A stretch of 64,000 bases of DNA from Salinispira sp. (GCA_965226555.1 CBDDDG010000022.1:1-64000); one strand, 5' to 3'. Positions 27,763-39,331 are shown, counted from the first letter of the stretch. Made by a program: numbers and translations. The notes: generated by a model not told the origin, from the sequence alone.

Positions 27763-28377
27763 ATGATACAAAACAGCATACTTCGAAATATTTTTGTGTG
27801 CAGCCTTATCGTAACATTATCTATGATCTCATGCAGACCCTCAGAAGAGGGTGCGGATGAGAATACAGCAGGGAAAGAGCGTGATGCTTCCGGCACTATA
27901 TCTTCCAGGGATGAGGCGCTGGAACTGCTGCGGGATATCGGCATGAGTGTTTTTACCGATGAGGTAACAAAGGCTCCGGATTTTACTGCCATGACCCTGA
28001 CCGGAGACGAGGTTACACTGGCAGATTTTTCCGGCAAAGTCATATTTATGAATTTCTGGGCAACGTGGTGTGGTCCCTGTAAGGCTGAAATGCCGACAAT
28101 GGAAAATCTGTATAATGATCTCAAAGATGAGAATTTTATTGTTCTTGCCGTTAATCAGCAGGAATATCCTGAGCTTGTCGGAGAATTCATTAATGGTTCG
28201 GGTTTTACCTTTCCGATCATTCTGGATGGCGATGGCCTTATCAATTATCAGTACGGTATCCGCGGCATCCCCACAACATATATTATTGGACCGGATGGTA
28301 ATATTATTGCCGGAAAGGTTGGTATTCACAACTATGACGGCGAATTATACCGAAGTCTCTTTCGGGAACTCATGTAG
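27763..28377 (+). CDS. TlpA/ResA-like thiol-disulfide oxidoreductase lipoprotein
   Basis: NFWATWCGPCKAEMP, GIPTT; lipobox-like MISC; next to ccdA. Confidence 0.9.
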   Translation: MIQNSILRNIFVCSLIVTLSMISCRPSEEGADENTAGKERDASGTISSRDEALELLRDIGMSVFTDEVTKAPDFTAMTLTGDEVTLADFSGKVIFMNFWATWCGPCKAEMPTMENLYNDLKDENFIVLAVNQQEYPELVGEFINGSGFTFPIILDGDGLINYQYGIRGIPTTYIIGPDGNIIAGKVGIHNYDGELYRSLFRELM

Positions 28378-28386
28378 GCGGTTCAT

Positions 28387-29310
28387 ATGCAGAATAATGT
28401 TAATATTTTCATAGCCTTTTTTGCCGGATTGATAAGTTTTGTCAGTCCCTGTGTGCTGCCGCTCGTGCCCAGTTATATTTCGTTTATTGGAGGACAGCGG
28501 GAACTCACATCTTCCCGAAAATCATTAATTTTCAAAACATTTTTTTTTATATTCGGTTTCACCGTCGTGTTTATTGTTATGGGGATTGTGTTCAGCGGAA
28601 CGGCTGCGGCCTTCAGCGGCGCGATCCGCTGGATAAACATTGTCGCCGGAACTGTTGTCATACTTTTCGGCCTGAATTTACTGTTCAATTTTCTTAAATT
28701 TCTGAATTATGAAAAGCGTTTTCACTTTAGTAAGGCGCCTGCGGGAGCGGGCGGCGCGATGCTTCTGGGCATGGCCTTTGCTGCGGGATGGTCGCCCTGT
28801 ATTGGACCAATACTTGCCAGTATTCTTGCCCTTGCCGCGGGAACAGGGAGTCTTTCATCGGGAATTGTTTTGTTGGGGGCATATTCTCTTGGTCTTGCCC
28901 TCCCCTTTCTGCTTACCAGTATCTTTTTATCGCAGGCTCAGGGAGCATTTCAGAAAATAAAACCCCATATGAGCGCGATCCAGCGCGTCAGCGGTGTTGT
29001 GCTTATTGTCATTGGCGTACTCATGATCTTTGGGCAGTATCAGCAAATTACGAGTTGGCTTTCTCTTATGAGCTTCAGGCTTAAAAGATGGGATAGTATG
29101 AATATGCTTGCGAGCACATTGTTATTTTCTGGAATCTTTTTTCTCTGTGCATTTTTAGCTGCGCTGCCGCTTATCCGCAAAAAACAGAAGGTATCGGCGC
29201 TGCGGATCGTGGTAATTGTTTTCTTTCTTGTAATTGCTGTGTTACAGCTTGCGGGGCTGCTGCAATTTCCGCTGCTCCTTTCCAGCTGGTTGAATTTCCA
29301 GGGCATATAG
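28387..29310 (+). CDS. ccdA: CcdA-family disulfide transporter
   Basis: SFVSPCVLPLVP and WSPCIGPILA. Confidence 0.9.
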   Translation: MQNNVNIFIAFFAGLISFVSPCVLPLVPSYISFIGGQRELTSSRKSLIFKTFFFIFGFTVVFIVMGIVFSGTAAAFSGAIRWINIVAGTVVILFGLNLLFNFLKFLNYEKRFHFSKAPAGAGGAMLLGMAFAAGWSPCIGPILASILALAAGTGSLSSGIVLLGAYSLGLALPFLLTSIFLSQAQGAFQKIKPHMSAIQRVSGVVLIVIGVLMIFGQYQQITSWLSLMSFRLKRWDSMNMLASTLLFSGIFFLCAFLAALPLIRKKQKVSALRIVVIVFFLVIAVLQLAGLLQFPLLLSSWLNFQGI

Positions 29311-29443
29311 AAACTTTTCCAATGCAAAACTTTCATATAGTAAATTACTGCGATGTGTCTTTAAAAAGAGTTTGGGAATGTGTATATTATAACAAAAGTT
29401 TCTATAAGAAAGTTTCCATACGGAGCTCAGTAACACATTAGGG

Positions 29444-32002
29444 ATGAAAATGTTTAAAGGACTTACTCAAAGAGCGCAGCGCGTGCTTACCACACTTGCT
29501 CAGGATGAAGCAAAGCGCTTTCATGCGGATGAATTGCTGCCTGAGCACATTATGATTGCCATTCTCAAGGAAGGCGGGGGTACGGCGTACAAAGCCATTG
29601 AGGCAGCCTTACTCGATCCGTTCAGAATGCAGGTTGAGCTGGAAAATGCTCTTCCCAGAAAGAACAGTAAGTTTGTGCTTGGCGACATTCCTCCCGGAAA
29701 ACGCGGCAAAAAAATTCTTGAAGATTCTGCCTCTGAGGCCCAGAAGCTGGGGCATGAGTACATTGGAACTGAGCATCTTCTTCTTGCCATTGCGCGGGAG
29801 GGGATAACCGAGACCTTCCTTGAAAAAAACCAAATTAACGCAGACATTCTCAGGGAAATTATCGTGGATATCATGGGCTACGGAAAAGAACGAACCGCCA
29901 ATGAGGAACCATCTCCCGCAAAAGGTCAGCACACCCTTACCGAACGCAGCGGAAACCGCAGTCGCAGCCGCAGCAGCAGTAACCGCCCCCGCGCGCAGAA
30001 AACACCCTTTCTGGATGAATTTTCCCTTGATCTCACAGAGCAGGCACGGAACAAGGCACTTGATCCAATCATTGGACGTTCAAAGGAAATTACCCGTGTT
30101 GTTCAAATTCTTGCGCGGCGCAACAAGAACAATCCGGTTCTCATTGGAGAACCAGGCGTCGGGAAAACTGCCATAGTAGAAGGCCTTGCGCAGCACATTG
30201 TAGACAGCAGGGCGCCGGATGTTCTTCTGGAGAAACGCGTGCTCTCTCTTGATCTTGCCACTGTTATTGCAGGCACGAAGTATCGGGGAGAATTTGAGGA
30301 ACGCCTCAAACGTATTATGAAGGAAATTACCGCAGTCGGTAATGTCATCCTCTTTATTGATGAACTTCACACCATTATCGGCGCAGGCGGCGCAGAGGGG
30401 GCAATTGATGCTTCGAGTATACTGAAACCGGTTCTGTCGCGGGGGATCATACAATGTGTCGGCGCCACTACGCTGAATGAATACAAGAAATATGTAGAAA
30501 AAGATGCCGCTCTTGAGCGCCGCTTTCAAACCGTTATGATTGAAGAACCCAGCGTTGACGATACCATGAATATACTCAACGGCGTGAAAATCTGCTATGA
30601 GAAATATCATAATGTTTCATACACTACCGGCGCCATTGAAATGTCGGCCGTACTGGCAAACCGCTATCTGACCGATCGCTTCCTACCGGACAAGGCGCTG
30701 GACATCATGGATGAGGCTGGCGCCCGCAAACGGATCAGCAACTCAATTTCTCCCGATGAAATTCAGGAACTGGAAAAAGACATACGCACACTGACGCAGA
30801 AAAAGGAAGGTCTGGTAAATTCTCAGAATTATGAACAGGCAGCTGCTCTCCGCGATGAAATTCGTCTTCAGAAGAACCGCATTGTCGATATAAAACATAA
30901 CTGGAAACTGACTCTGAAGAGTGAATCCAAAATTGTGGATTCGGATGATATCCAAAAAGTCATTTCAGATATTACCGGTATTCCCCTAACCCGCCTTGCC
31001 GCTAATGAAAGTAAGCGGCTTCTCAGAATTGAAAACGAACTTCACCGGCAGGTAATCGGGCAGAGCAATGCCATAGCAGCCATATCTTCAGCAATCCGCC
31101 GCAACCGAACCGGATTATCCAGTCCAAACCGTCCGCTCGGCTCCTTTATTTTCCTCGGTCCAACCGGAGTGGGAAAGTCTCTTCTGGCAAAAACACTTGC
31201 CCAGTTCCTCTTTGGAAAGCCTGAAGCTCTTGTGCGCATTGATATGTCCGATTTTATGGAAAAACACAATGTGAGCAGGCTTGTCGGCGCCCCTCCGGGA
31301 TATGTCGGATATGAAGAGGGCGGCCTGCTTACCGAGAAAATACGCAGAAAGCCCTATGCCGTTGTATTGTTCGATGAAATTGAGAAGGCCCATCCCGATG
31401 TTTTTAATCTTCTTCTTCAGGTTCTTGAAGAGGGAGAACTTCAGGATAATTTTGGGCATAAGGTCAATTTCAGAAATACCGTGATCATTATGACCAGTAA
31501 TGCGGGTGTCAGAGAAATTACCTATGAGTCATCGGTGGGATTCAGGAAAGAATCGGGTATAATGAATTATAATGAGATTAAAGCCAGTGCCATGAATGAA
31601 CTGAAGCGGGTGTTCCGTCCGGAGTTCATAAATCGTGTCGATGAAACCATTGTCTTTCATTCCCTGAGTAAGGATCAGGTTATGAGTATTCTTAATATAT
31701 ATCTTGCGGAAATCCAGCAGCGGATGGCGGAGCTTAAGATGCTTCTTCAGGTAAACCAGGCGGTAAAAGTGTGGCTGGTTACCCGGGGCTACGATGTGAG
31801 GCTTGGCGCCCGTCCGCTGAGACGTCTTCTTCAGCGGGAAATTGAGGATCCGCTCTCATTGAGAATTCTGGAAGGTAAGCATGGTGAGGGAAGCCGCATT
31901 CTCGTCTCATTGAAAAAGGACATAATTACGTTTTCCGAAAAAAAGAAGGATGCAGATTCTTCATCGAAAAAAAAGGCAGCAATGATAGCCGGAAGCGCAT
32001 AA
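29444..32002 (+). CDS. clpC: ATP-dependent Clp protease ATP-binding subunit
   Basis: Clp_N repeats, [19 protein letters not shown]-like [16 protein letters not shown]. Confidence 0.95.
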   Translation: MKMFKGLTQRAQRVLTTLAQDEAKRFHADELLPEHIMIAILKEGGGTAYKAIEAALLDPFRMQVELENALPRKNSKFVLGDIPPGKRGKKILEDSASEAQKLGHEYIGTEHLLLAIAREGITETFLEKNQINADILREIIVDIMGYGKERTANEEPSPAKGQHTLTERSGNRSRSRSSSNRPRAQKTPFLDEFSLDLTEQARNKALDPIIGRSKEITRVVQILARRNKNNPVLIGEPGVGKTAIVEGLAQHIVDSRAPDVLLEKRVLSLDLATVIAGTKYRGEFEERLKRIMKEITAVGNVILFIDELHTIIGAGGAEGAIDASSILKPVLSRGIIQCVGATTLNEYKKYVEKDAALERRFQTVMIEEPSVDDTMNILNGVKICYEKYHNVSYTTGAIEMSAVLANRYLTDRFLPDKALDIMDEAGARKRISNSISPDEIQELEKDIRTLTQKKEGLVNSQNYEQAAALRDEIRLQKNRIVDIKHNWKLTLKSESKIVDSDDIQKVISDITGIPLTRLAANESKRLLRIENELHRQVIGQSNAIAAISSAIRRNRTGLSSPNRPLGSFIFLGPTGVGKSLLAKTLAQFLFGKPEALVRIDMSDFMEKHNVSRLVGAPPGYVGYEEGGLLTEKIRRKPYAVVLFDEIEKAHPDVFNLLLQVLEEGELQDNFGHKVNFRNTVIIMTSNAGVREITYESSVGFRKESGIMNYNEIKASAMNELKRVFRPEFINRVDETIVFHSLSKDQVMSILNIYLAEIQQRMAELKMLLQVNQAVKVWLVTRGYDVRLGARPLRRLLQREIEDPLSLRILEGKHGEGSRILVSLKKDIITFSEKKKDADSSSKKKAAMIAGSA

Positions 32003-32013
32003 ATAGTTATACT

Positions 32014-32424
32014 ATGAAGAGTTTTAGTGAAGAACTTATAGAGAAAGGCATGGAGTATGCCCGAAACCTCCATTCTCTTGCCTATGCGCCGTACTCAAAA
32101 TTCCATGTTTCAGCAGCCCTGTATCTGAGTGAGAAAAAAGAATTTATTGGGGGAGTGAACGTTGAAAATATGAGTTTTGGCGGAACCATTTGTGCGGAAC
32201 GGTCAGCAATTTGTTCTGCTGTAAGTAAATATGGCAGAACCGCCTTTGGATTCATCATCATCTATACCCGCCATAAGACACTTACCCCTCCCTGCGGTAT
32301 ATGTCGGCAATTTATATCGGAATTCTGTGATGGAGATTTCCCTGTTATTCTCATAAACCATATGAATGAGCGCCGGGATATGAAGTTTTCTGAACTTCTC
32401 CCTCATCCATTTGAATCTTTCTGA
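32014..32424 (+). CDS. cdd: Cytidine deaminase
   Basis: YAPYSKF, NVEN, CAERSA, PCGICRQ. Confidence 0.93.
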   Translation: MKSFSEELIEKGMEYARNLHSLAYAPYSKFHVSAALYLSEKKEFIGGVNVENMSFGGTICAERSAICSAVSKYGRTAFGFIIIYTRHKTLTPPCGICRQFISEFCDGDFPVILINHMNERRDMKFSELLPHPFESF

Positions 32425-32520
32425 CATACTCCTTTTGTAATTTTCATACACATTTTTCATGAGCATTATTCCGTATACAATAATTCAATTTCTCTGTAGA
32501 ATACGGAATTACCCCCATGA

Positions 32521-32973
32521 ATGGAGACTGCCATGAATATACGATTGACAGATGTAACACAGGATATTGTTGATAAGGTTATTGCCCTGAAGGTTAAGGA
32601 GGATCAAAAGGATCTCACTCAGGACATTACCTATTTTTTGAGTCAGCCCAATGTGGAACAGGATCTCCGCCCACTGGCAATTTATCATGCTGAAGAATTG
32701 GTGGGCTTCTGTGTATATGGTACCGATGATGAAGACGGCAGGGTGTGGATTCAGACCCTTATAATCAGCGCTGCTCACCAGGGTAAGGGATATTCCCGCA
32801 TGGCACTGGAAGAACTGATAAACATTATTCGCAGGGAACGTAATCCTGCCGCAATTTTTGCCTGTATCAGAGAGAAAAATACAGCTGCGCAGGCACTTTT
32901 TCAGAAACTGAAATTTTCTTCTACTGCCGAAAAAGAGGGTAATGCCGATGTCTGGACACTCAGCTTTGAGTAG
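32521..32973 (+). CDS. GNAT acetyltransferase (BltD-like)
   Basis: HQGKGYSR motif A; NTAAQALFQKLKF. Confidence 0.8.
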   Translation: METAMNIRLTDVTQDIVDKVIALKVKEDQKDLTQDITYFLSQPNVEQDLRPLAIYHAEELVGFCVYGTDDEDGRVWIQTLIISAAHQGKGYSRMALEELINIIRRERNPAAIFACIREKNTAAQALFQKLKFSSTAEKEGNADVWTLSFE

Positions 32974-32999
32974 TCAGCCTGAGTGATCGGTCTGAGTAG

Positions 33000-33626
33000 T
33001 CAGATATATTTCTGGATGATGTTCCGTGCCGATTCCCGGCATTCCTGTAGCCATGAGCGGCGTTTTTTCAGGGGAGAGCCCCGAAGCGGTGAGCAGATAT
33101 GTACATTGATGTGGGGAATTCCGCAGTAGTCGGCGAGGAGATGAAAGCGCCGGTAATACTGTTCCCTGCCGATTTCCAGTTGTCTGCCGCTGCTGTCGCT
33201 GCAAATCCACAGCGTCAGCGCGCAGTTGCCGAGGAGGCCTCGGCTGCCCCCCTTTTCCCCGCCGGAGCTGTCTTCTCGGTCGTAGGCAATGCCTTGGCGG
33301 AACAGGCGGTCGAAGAAACCTTTAAGAATGGCGGGTTCAGCTCCCCACCAATCGGGGAAAAATAGTATGAGTTCCCGGCAGGAGTGCAGTTTTTCAAGAT
33401 AGCTGCTTGCCGGACTGTCAATAGGCAGGTGTCGGCGCAGTTCGGGCAGGTCCATAACGGGGTTAAAGGCCTCATGGTAAAGGTTCACTGATATCTGCTG
33501 CAGAGGAAGTTGGGCGGATCGATCCAATTCGCTTGTGAATGTCTGTTGCAAGGCGGCGCAGAAGCTTTCTTCATCGGGATGGGCAAGAACCGCCAGAACA
33601 TAGGCAGGCTGGACATAGGCAGGCAA
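33000..33626 (-). CDS. Flavodoxin-like NAD(P)H-dependent oxidoreductase (start uncertain)
   Basis: LAHPDEESF, FPDWWGAEPAILKGFFDRLF. Confidence 0.8.
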   Translation of the reverse strand: MPAYVQPAYVLAVLAHPDEESFCAALQQTFTSELDRSAQLPLQQISVNLYHEAFNPVMDLPELRRHLPIDSPASSYLEKLHSCRELILFFPDWWGAEPAILKGFFDRLFRQGIAYDREDSSGGEKGGSRGLLGNCALTLWICSDSSGRQLEIGREQYYRRFHLLADYCGIPHINVHICSPLRGSPLKKRRSWLQECRESARNIIQKYI

Positions 33627-34109
33627 TTATTTTTTTCCGCCCGATTTTTTGGGATTCGGCCCGAATCGGTTTTCTCCCGCCTGACTGTCCTGTGTGAGAA
33701 AGATGAGAAGAATGGTAGTGGAAATAAGAAAAACCGGACCGTATATTCTGGCTGCGCTTGTCGGTATACCTTCCGATGGAACAAAAAACAGGACACCCCC
33801 GAAGGTAGCAGAGAGCTGCGCAATGAGGGCGAGAAGCAGCCACCAACCGCTGCGTCCGGTATCGTGAAGCCTTCGGATTGTTACGGCGAGGGCTGGTACC
33901 AGTACCAGTACGGGGTACAGAACCGCAATAATAAAGGTAATGACGGGCATAACAGCGGGCGCCGATTCAATGGTACTCAAAAGCCTCGTGATCACTGCAT
34001 TAACGAACTTAAACAGAAGATCAACAAGAGTAAAATACCAATATTCCTTACGGCGCGCGCGTCCTGAAAATACCGCATATTTTTTAAGAACGGCAATGTA
34101 CCACTTCAT
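33627..34109 (-). CDS. DUF805 (YhaH-like) membrane protein
   Basis: FSGRARRKEYW, IRRLHDTGRSGWW, NRFGPNPK. Confidence 0.9.
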   Translation of the reverse strand: MKWYIAVLKKYAVFSGRARRKEYWYFTLVDLLFKFVNAVITRLLSTIESAPAVMPVITFIIAVLYPVLVLVPALAVTIRRLHDTGRSGWWLLLALIAQLSATFGGVLFFVPSEGIPTSAARIYGPVFLISTTILLIFLTQDSQAGENRFGPNPKKSGGKK

Positions 34110-34201
34110 AATTCTTTCATTGTATTACCGGAAAGAAAAAATGCCAAGGGCAGAATGTGCGGTTGCATCCGTCTCGTACATGCGCCGCCCACAGGCACGC
34201 G

Positions 34202-34230
34202 TTGACAGAAAGCGCTTCGGGCAATATCAT
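34202..34230 (+). promoter_or_regulatory. Sigma70-type promoter for metXW
   Basis: TTGACA-17 bp-TATCAT, immediately followed by a palindrome half-site gcaaaagtttc. Confidence 0.7.
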
Positions 34231-34278
34231 GCAAAAGTTTCTAGTGAGGGGAATATCAATATCAACAGAGAATACGTT

Positions 34279-35391
34279 GTGCCGCAGAATTGTTTTATCA
34301 ATTCTCCCGATGCCATTATACTTGAAAATGGGCAGACCTTTGGTCCGCTGAATATCCGCTATGAAACCTACGGCAGGCTCAACAGCGACAGGTCAAATGC
34401 CATTCTGCTCACGCATGCTTTCTCCGGCGATGCCCACGCGGCGGGGTACCACGCGGTCGATGATCGGAAGCCCGGCTGGTGGGATCGCATGATCGGCCCC
34501 GGGAGGGCTATTGATACTGAGCGCTATTTTGTTATGTGCTCCAATGTGCTGGGCGGGTGCATGGGGACGAGCGGACCGGGCAGTATCAACCCGAAAACCG
34601 GTAAGCCTTATGCTCTGGAATTTCCGGTTATTACGATTCAGGATATGGTGGGGGCACAGAAACTTCTGCTCGATTATCTTGAAATACCGCAGCTTCTGGC
34701 TGTTATTGGAGGTTCCATGGGGGGCATGCAGGTGTTGGAGTGGAGCATTGCCTGGCCGGAGCGCCTGCGCGCGGGCATTGTTATTGCTTCTGCGGGCAGG
34801 CTGAGCACCCAGGGCATCGCCTTCGATGCCGTTGGCAGGAACGCCATAATGACCGATCCGAACTGGAAGGGCGGGGAGTATTATGAGAGCGGAGACATTC
34901 CCCGTCATGGACTGTCCATTGCCCGGATGATTGGGCACATTACTTATTTATCTGATGAATCGATGATGCGGAAATTCGGGCGTAGGCTCCAGAATCGTGA
35001 ATCGGTCAATTTCGATTTCACCGATCAGTTTCAGGTTGAAAGTTATCTGGAGTATCAGGGCGACCGCTTTGTGGAGCGCTTCGATGCCAATTCTCATATT
35101 TATCTTAGCAAGGCCATGGATTATTACGATTTTGCCGCGCGCTACGGCACCATTGAGCGCGCGCTTTCCCGGGCGATCTGTTCGTATTTGGTTATTTCCT
35201 ATTCAAGCGACTGGCTTTTTCCGCCCCGGCAAATTAAGGAGCTGGTCTACGATATGATGCGGCTCGGGAAGGATGTTTCCTACACCGAATTGGACAGTCC
35301 CTATGGTCACGATGCTTTTTTGCTGGAGGGCGACAAGCAGGAAATTATTGTATCGTCATTTCTGCAATCGGTCGCGGAGGGTCGCCGATGA
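34279..35391 (+). CDS. metX: Homoserine O-acyltransferase
   Basis: HAFSGDAH, GWWD, NVLGGC, GGSMGG, GHDAFLLE. Start set at a GTG downstream of the promoter (approximate). Confidence 0.93.
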   Translation: MPQNCFINSPDAIILENGQTFGPLNIRYETYGRLNSDRSNAILLTHAFSGDAHAAGYHAVDDRKPGWWDRMIGPGRAIDTERYFVMCSNVLGGCMGTSGPGSINPKTGKPYALEFPVITIQDMVGAQKLLLDYLEIPQLLAVIGGSMGGMQVLEWSIAWPERLRAGIVIASAGRLSTQGIAFDAVGRNAIMTDPNWKGGEYYESGDIPRHGLSIARMIGHITYLSDESMMRKFGRRLQNRESVNFDFTDQFQVESYLEYQGDRFVERFDANSHIYLSKAMDYYDFAARYGTIERALSRAICSYLVISYSSDWLFPPRQIKELVYDMMRLGKDVSYTELDSPYGHDAFLLEGDKQEIIVSSFLQSVAEGRR

Positions 35392-36029
35392 GCAGGGGGC
35401 AGGGCGGCGCGCCAATGGGCGCCGATCCGACACGGTTCAGTTACACCCTCATTATGGGTTTGGTTGATGAGGGCAGCAGCGTGCTCGACCTTGGCTGCGG
35501 CAGCGGTGAGCTGCTTCTGCGTCTTGAGAACGATAATAACTGCACAGGGCGGGGGGTCGACCGGAGTGAGGACATGGTACTGAGCTGCATCCGCAAGGGG
35601 CTGTCGGTGTTCCAGGGCGATCTTGATGAGGGGCTGCGGGACTATCCGAGCCGGAGCTATGACTATGTCATTCTGAATCAGACACTTCAGATGCTCCACG
35701 ATCCCATGTTCCTGCTCAGGGAGATGAGCAGGGTCGGTAAGCGCGTCATTATCAATTTCCCGAATTTCGGGCATTATCTCAACCGGTTCCAGCTCATGTT
35801 TCTCGGACAGATGCCGGTGAACAAAAACATCCCCTACAGCTGGCACAATACGCCCAACATCCATTTCTGCACCCGAAAAGACTTTATCCGCCTCTGCACA
35901 GAACTCGGATTGCGCATTATGGGCGAAATCTGCCTCAACTCCCACGGCAAAACCGTAACAATGGGCAAAAACGTGCGCGCTTCCCAGGTCTGCATGCTTT
36001 TGCAGGCGGTGGATTCAGGGGGCGCGTGA
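35388..36029 (+). CDS. metW: Methionine biosynthesis protein MetW
   Basis: VLDLGCGSG, FPNFGH, WHNTPNIHF; coupled to metX. Confidence 0.92.
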   Translation: MSRGQGGAPMGADPTRFSYTLIMGLVDEGSSVLDLGCGSGELLLRLENDNNCTGRGVDRSEDMVLSCIRKGLSVFQGDLDEGLRDYPSRSYDYVILNQTLQMLHDPMFLLREMSRVGKRVIINFPNFGHYLNRFQLMFLGQMPVNKNIPYSWHNTPNIHFCTRKDFIRLCTELGLRIMGEICLNSHGKTVTMGKNVRASQVCMLLQAVDSGGA

Positions 36030-36167
36030 TTATGGGTGATCCCCTGCCGTATGTGTTAACAGCAGCATTCGCATAACAATCCCATAATTTGCAGAAATTA
36101 CTATTTACAATGTATTATGAATCGTGATAATATGCAGCAACATGATTATTCTAAATTAGGAGGAATA

Positions 36168-37235
36168 ATGAAGAAAATTTTCTTTGCACTTGTATTCTTC
36201 ATTCTTGCCTTTTCTCTCTTCGCCGGCGGCGAACAGGAAGGAACGGCACAGATGAAGGTAGGTATGGTAACCGATGCTGGTACCATTGACGACAAATCCT
36301 TTAACCAGGGAACCTGGGAAGGAATTCAAATGGCCGCTTCAGAGTTTGAGCTCGACATCCGATATCTCAAACCGACCGGCACGACAGAGGCAGATTACAT
36401 ACTTGAAATTTCCAATTTGTACGATGGGGGCTACACCTTCATTGTTACTCCCGGTTTCAAGTTTGAAACAGCCATTTTTCAGGCTCAGGAAGAATATCCC
36501 GATGCTCAATTTGTGCTCATCGACGGCGCTCCCCACGCAGGCGATTTTACTCCGGTTGTCGGAGAAAACACGGTATCAATTTTCTTTGCCGAGCACGAAT
36601 CGGGTTTTCTGGCGGGAGCCGCGGCTGCCCTTGAGCTGAAAGAAGGTAATTTCGGTTTCATTGGCGGATTGGCAATTCCCCCTGTACAGAAATTCAACTG
36701 GGGATTTCAACAGGGTGTTTCCTATGCGAATGAAAATTTCGGCACAAATATCACTATGGATGCTGAAAATGTCATATATCAGGGATCCTTTGACAATGTA
36801 GCCGCAGGTCAGCAAATTGCTGCCCAGATGTTCGACAAGGGTGTTGACGCAATTTTCTGCGCAGCCGGCGGTGTTGGTGTTGGCGCCATTAACGAGGCAA
36901 AAAGCCGCGCGCGCTCAGGCAGCAATGCCTGGATTATTGGTGTTGATGTTGATCAGTACGCAGACGGCATTTATGAGGATAACAAATCCATTATTCTCAC
37001 TTCGGCTGTAAAAAAAGTTGGTCAGGCAGCCTACAGCATGATTGATGCTTTTATATCCGAAAGTTTTCCGGGTGGTGAAACATTGATTTTTGCTGCCGCA
37101 ACCGGCGGTATTGGTATTCCCTCGGAAAATCCAAACCTTTCGGACTCTGTTGAAAGCACTGTTGGCGAACTGCTTGACGGCATTATTTCCGGTACCATTG
37201 CCGTAAGTAGCGAACAGGGAAATCTTATTCCCTAG
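36168..37235 (+). CDS. BMP-family ABC substrate-binding protein (nucleoside-type)
   Basis: DAGTIDDKSFNQGTWEG, IGVDVDQ; AGGAGG RBS before ATG 36168. Confidence 0.9.
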   Translation: MKKIFFALVFFILAFSLFAGGEQEGTAQMKVGMVTDAGTIDDKSFNQGTWEGIQMAASEFELDIRYLKPTGTTEADYILEISNLYDGGYTFIVTPGFKFETAIFQAQEEYPDAQFVLIDGAPHAGDFTPVVGENTVSIFFAEHESGFLAGAAAALELKEGNFGFIGGLAIPPVQKFNWGFQQGVSYANENFGTNITMDAENVIYQGSFDNVAAGQQIAAQMFDKGVDAIFCAAGGVGVGAINEAKSRARSGSNAWIIGVDVDQYADGIYEDNKSIILTSAVKKVGQAAYSMIDAFISESFPGGETLIFAAATGGIGIPSENPNLSDSVESTVGELLDGIISGTIAVSSEQGNLIP

Positions 37236-37264
37236 CACAGGTTTCCATGGTATTCCTGAATGCG

Positions 37265-37294
37265 GGCTGGGTTCTTTGGAATCCAGCCTTTTTT
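37265..37294 (+). terminator. Rho-independent terminator after the BMP gene
   Basis: GGCTGGGTTC-tttg-GAATCCAGCC followed by T6. Confidence 0.8.
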
Positions 37295-37356
37295 AATTTT
37301 TTCCGATATACGAGCCTGTAATCATTCAAAGGCGCCTGTTTGTCCGTTCCAGTAAT

Positions 37357-38775
37357 ATGGAAGCTCAATTTTCTTATTCACCTTCTTCACCTTCGGATGA
37401 TCAGAAGTTCCCTTCTTGGGAACAAACCTTGGAACGTATTCTTGCCACATGGTCGGTACCCTTTCTTTTTCCTCACCAGCAACTAAGCATACACTATGTA
37501 CTTTCTGCTGCCGGATACTTTGGACCCGATGAGGAATGCAATCCGGGGTTTTTAGTGAGCCTCCCGACAGGCAGCGGAAAAAGCCTTTGCTTTATGGCTC
37601 CCGCGACCCTGCTTGGCGGCATCACGATCATCTTTTATCCTCTCAATGCGCTTTTACGCGATCAGAAACGACGCTTTGAATCGGTCGGGGCTCAGGTTCT
37701 TCTGTATTATGGCGGACTTGAAAAGAATGAGAAAATTCAGGCTCTTCAATCGCTGAGAAACATGGAACACGGAATTATTCTTACAAACATTGAAAGCGCG
37801 GGAACGGAGAATTTTCAGAAACACCTACGCGCAAAGAATGTTCGGCTGATTATTATTGATGAGGCTCATCTCATTCTTCAATGGGGGAAGACATTTCGCT
37901 CGGGATTGCTGAAGATAGGAGATTTGAAAAAAACCTTTGGTAATCCGGTAACTGCTGCCTTTACTGCGACCATAAGTGAGGAAGACAGGAAAGAACTGGC
38001 AGAACTCCTGTGGCAGGATGAAAACTGGGAATTTTTGGAACTTTTAAGCGATAGACCCAATATTTCATACCGAATCATTCCCTGTGTTGATGAAATCTCT
38101 GCTCTTCGTTTGCTTCTGCGGCAATCCTTCGATGATACATGGGATCTTCTCGCAGCGCGACCGGAATTGAAACGGGAGCTTACATATCCCATGCTGATAT
38201 TTATTCAGCGGAGAAACGACTGTGAATATCTGGCGCGGCAGGCGGAAATATGGCTTCGCCGCTGGAAACGATCCGATGTTTGCACATGGTATTATCATGC
38301 GGGGCTTAGTTCCCGCGATCGTAAGACTATTGAACATGATTTTGCCGCAACACAAAAGGCGCTGCTCTTCACTACCAAGGCCTTCGGTACCGGAATAGAT
38401 ATTCCGGGCATACGTTCAACCATACACATTCATGAACCCGAAACCATGGTGGACTTTCTCCAAGAAAGCGGACGCGCTGGAAGAGACGGCGAACAGGCAT
38501 ATAGTTATGTGCTGCGGAAGAAGGCAGTACTTTTTACAGAAAACTCCTGCAGGCGTCGGCAGGCCCTTAAGGCACTTGGTCAGGAACCGGAAATGTGCAG
38601 CGGATGCGATTATTGTGAGCGCATTCAGTGGGATGAGCCGGTAGAGAGAAAAGCGATTGTATCTGTGAGAGATACTAACCGTTTGAGACTCACGGCCAAC
38701 GAAGAATATAGGATTCTTCGCTATGAGGATTTTGCATCTCTGAGCTGGGAGAACTATCTCAAAGTTAGAAGATAG
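37357..38775 (+). CDS. RecQ-like DEAH helicase
   Basis: LPTGSGKSLC, IDEAH, AFTAT, YYHAGL, QESGRAGRDG, CRR..CSGCDYC. Confidence 0.88.
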   Translation: MEAQFSYSPSSPSDDQKFPSWEQTLERILATWSVPFLFPHQQLSIHYVLSAAGYFGPDEECNPGFLVSLPTGSGKSLCFMAPATLLGGITIIFYPLNALLRDQKRRFESVGAQVLLYYGGLEKNEKIQALQSLRNMEHGIILTNIESAGTENFQKHLRAKNVRLIIIDEAHLILQWGKTFRSGLLKIGDLKKTFGNPVTAAFTATISEEDRKELAELLWQDENWEFLELLSDRPNISYRIIPCVDEISALRLLLRQSFDDTWDLLAARPELKRELTYPMLIFIQRRNDCEYLARQAEIWLRRWKRSDVCTWYYHAGLSSRDRKTIEHDFAATQKALLFTTKAFGTGIDIPGIRSTIHIHEPETMVDFLQESGRAGRDGEQAYSYVLRKKAVLFTENSCRRRQALKALGQEPEMCSGCDYCERIQWDEPVERKAIVSVRDTNRLRLTANEEYRILRYEDFASLSWENYLKVRR

Positions 38776-38831
38776 ACGATAAAAAGGTTCAGGATATTCA
38801 CATATAGCACGTTTTCCACTATGATAAAACC

Positions 38832-39245
38832 ATGTTTACTATTACTGCACGAGGTATATATGGGCTTTCTGCGCTTATCGAACTTACGCCTTCGTATAAT
38901 CAAAAATCCCGCCAAATTCGGGAAATAGCCAGCAAACACAACATTCCGCAGCACTATCTGGAACAGATTCTTCTGGTTTTACGAAAGGCAGGAATTGTCG
39001 AAAGCTACCGAGGCGCGCGCGGCGGTTACGCCCTTGCCAGACATCCGTCTCAAATTCAGGTTCTTGAAGTAATGGAACTTCTGGAAGGAAAGCTTGCAGT
39101 GCTTTCAGGGCAACAAAAAGACAATACGCTGAATTTTTTCTGGAACGCCATGGAAGAAACTATCCGAACATTTCTTAACCGCGATCTTGAAGATGTTGCT
39201 CTGGAAATGCAGGCGCAGCAACAGCAGATAAGCTATTCGATTTGA
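38832..39245 (+). CDS. Rrf2-family transcriptional regulator (CymR-like, no Fe-S cysteines)
   Basis: IPQHYLEQILLVLRKAGIVESYRGARGGYALA. Confidence 0.88.
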   Translation: MFTITARGIYGLSALIELTPSYNQKSRQIREIASKHNIPQHYLEQILLVLRKAGIVESYRGARGGYALARHPSQIQVLEVMELLEGKLAVLSGQQKDNTLNFFWNAMEETIRTFLNRDLEDVALEMQAQQQQISYSI

Positions 39246-39303
39246 TCGGCGCGGCGGCAATCATCGGCGCGGCGGCAATCATCGGCGCGGCGACAACCAT
39301 CGG
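39245..39303. repeat. 18-bp tandem repeat, about 3 copies, between convergent genes
   Basis: atcggcgcggcggcaatc repeated. Confidence 0.85.
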
Positions 39304-39331
39304 CGCTGCGCGCCATAACGGCGCAGAAACA

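Noticed and set aside
33940..34278. Long N-terminal extension of MetX, or a SAM riboswitch
   Set aside because: It overlaps the opposite-strand DUF805 gene, and a consensus promoter at 34202-34230 leaves too short a leader; no SAM-box motifs seen.
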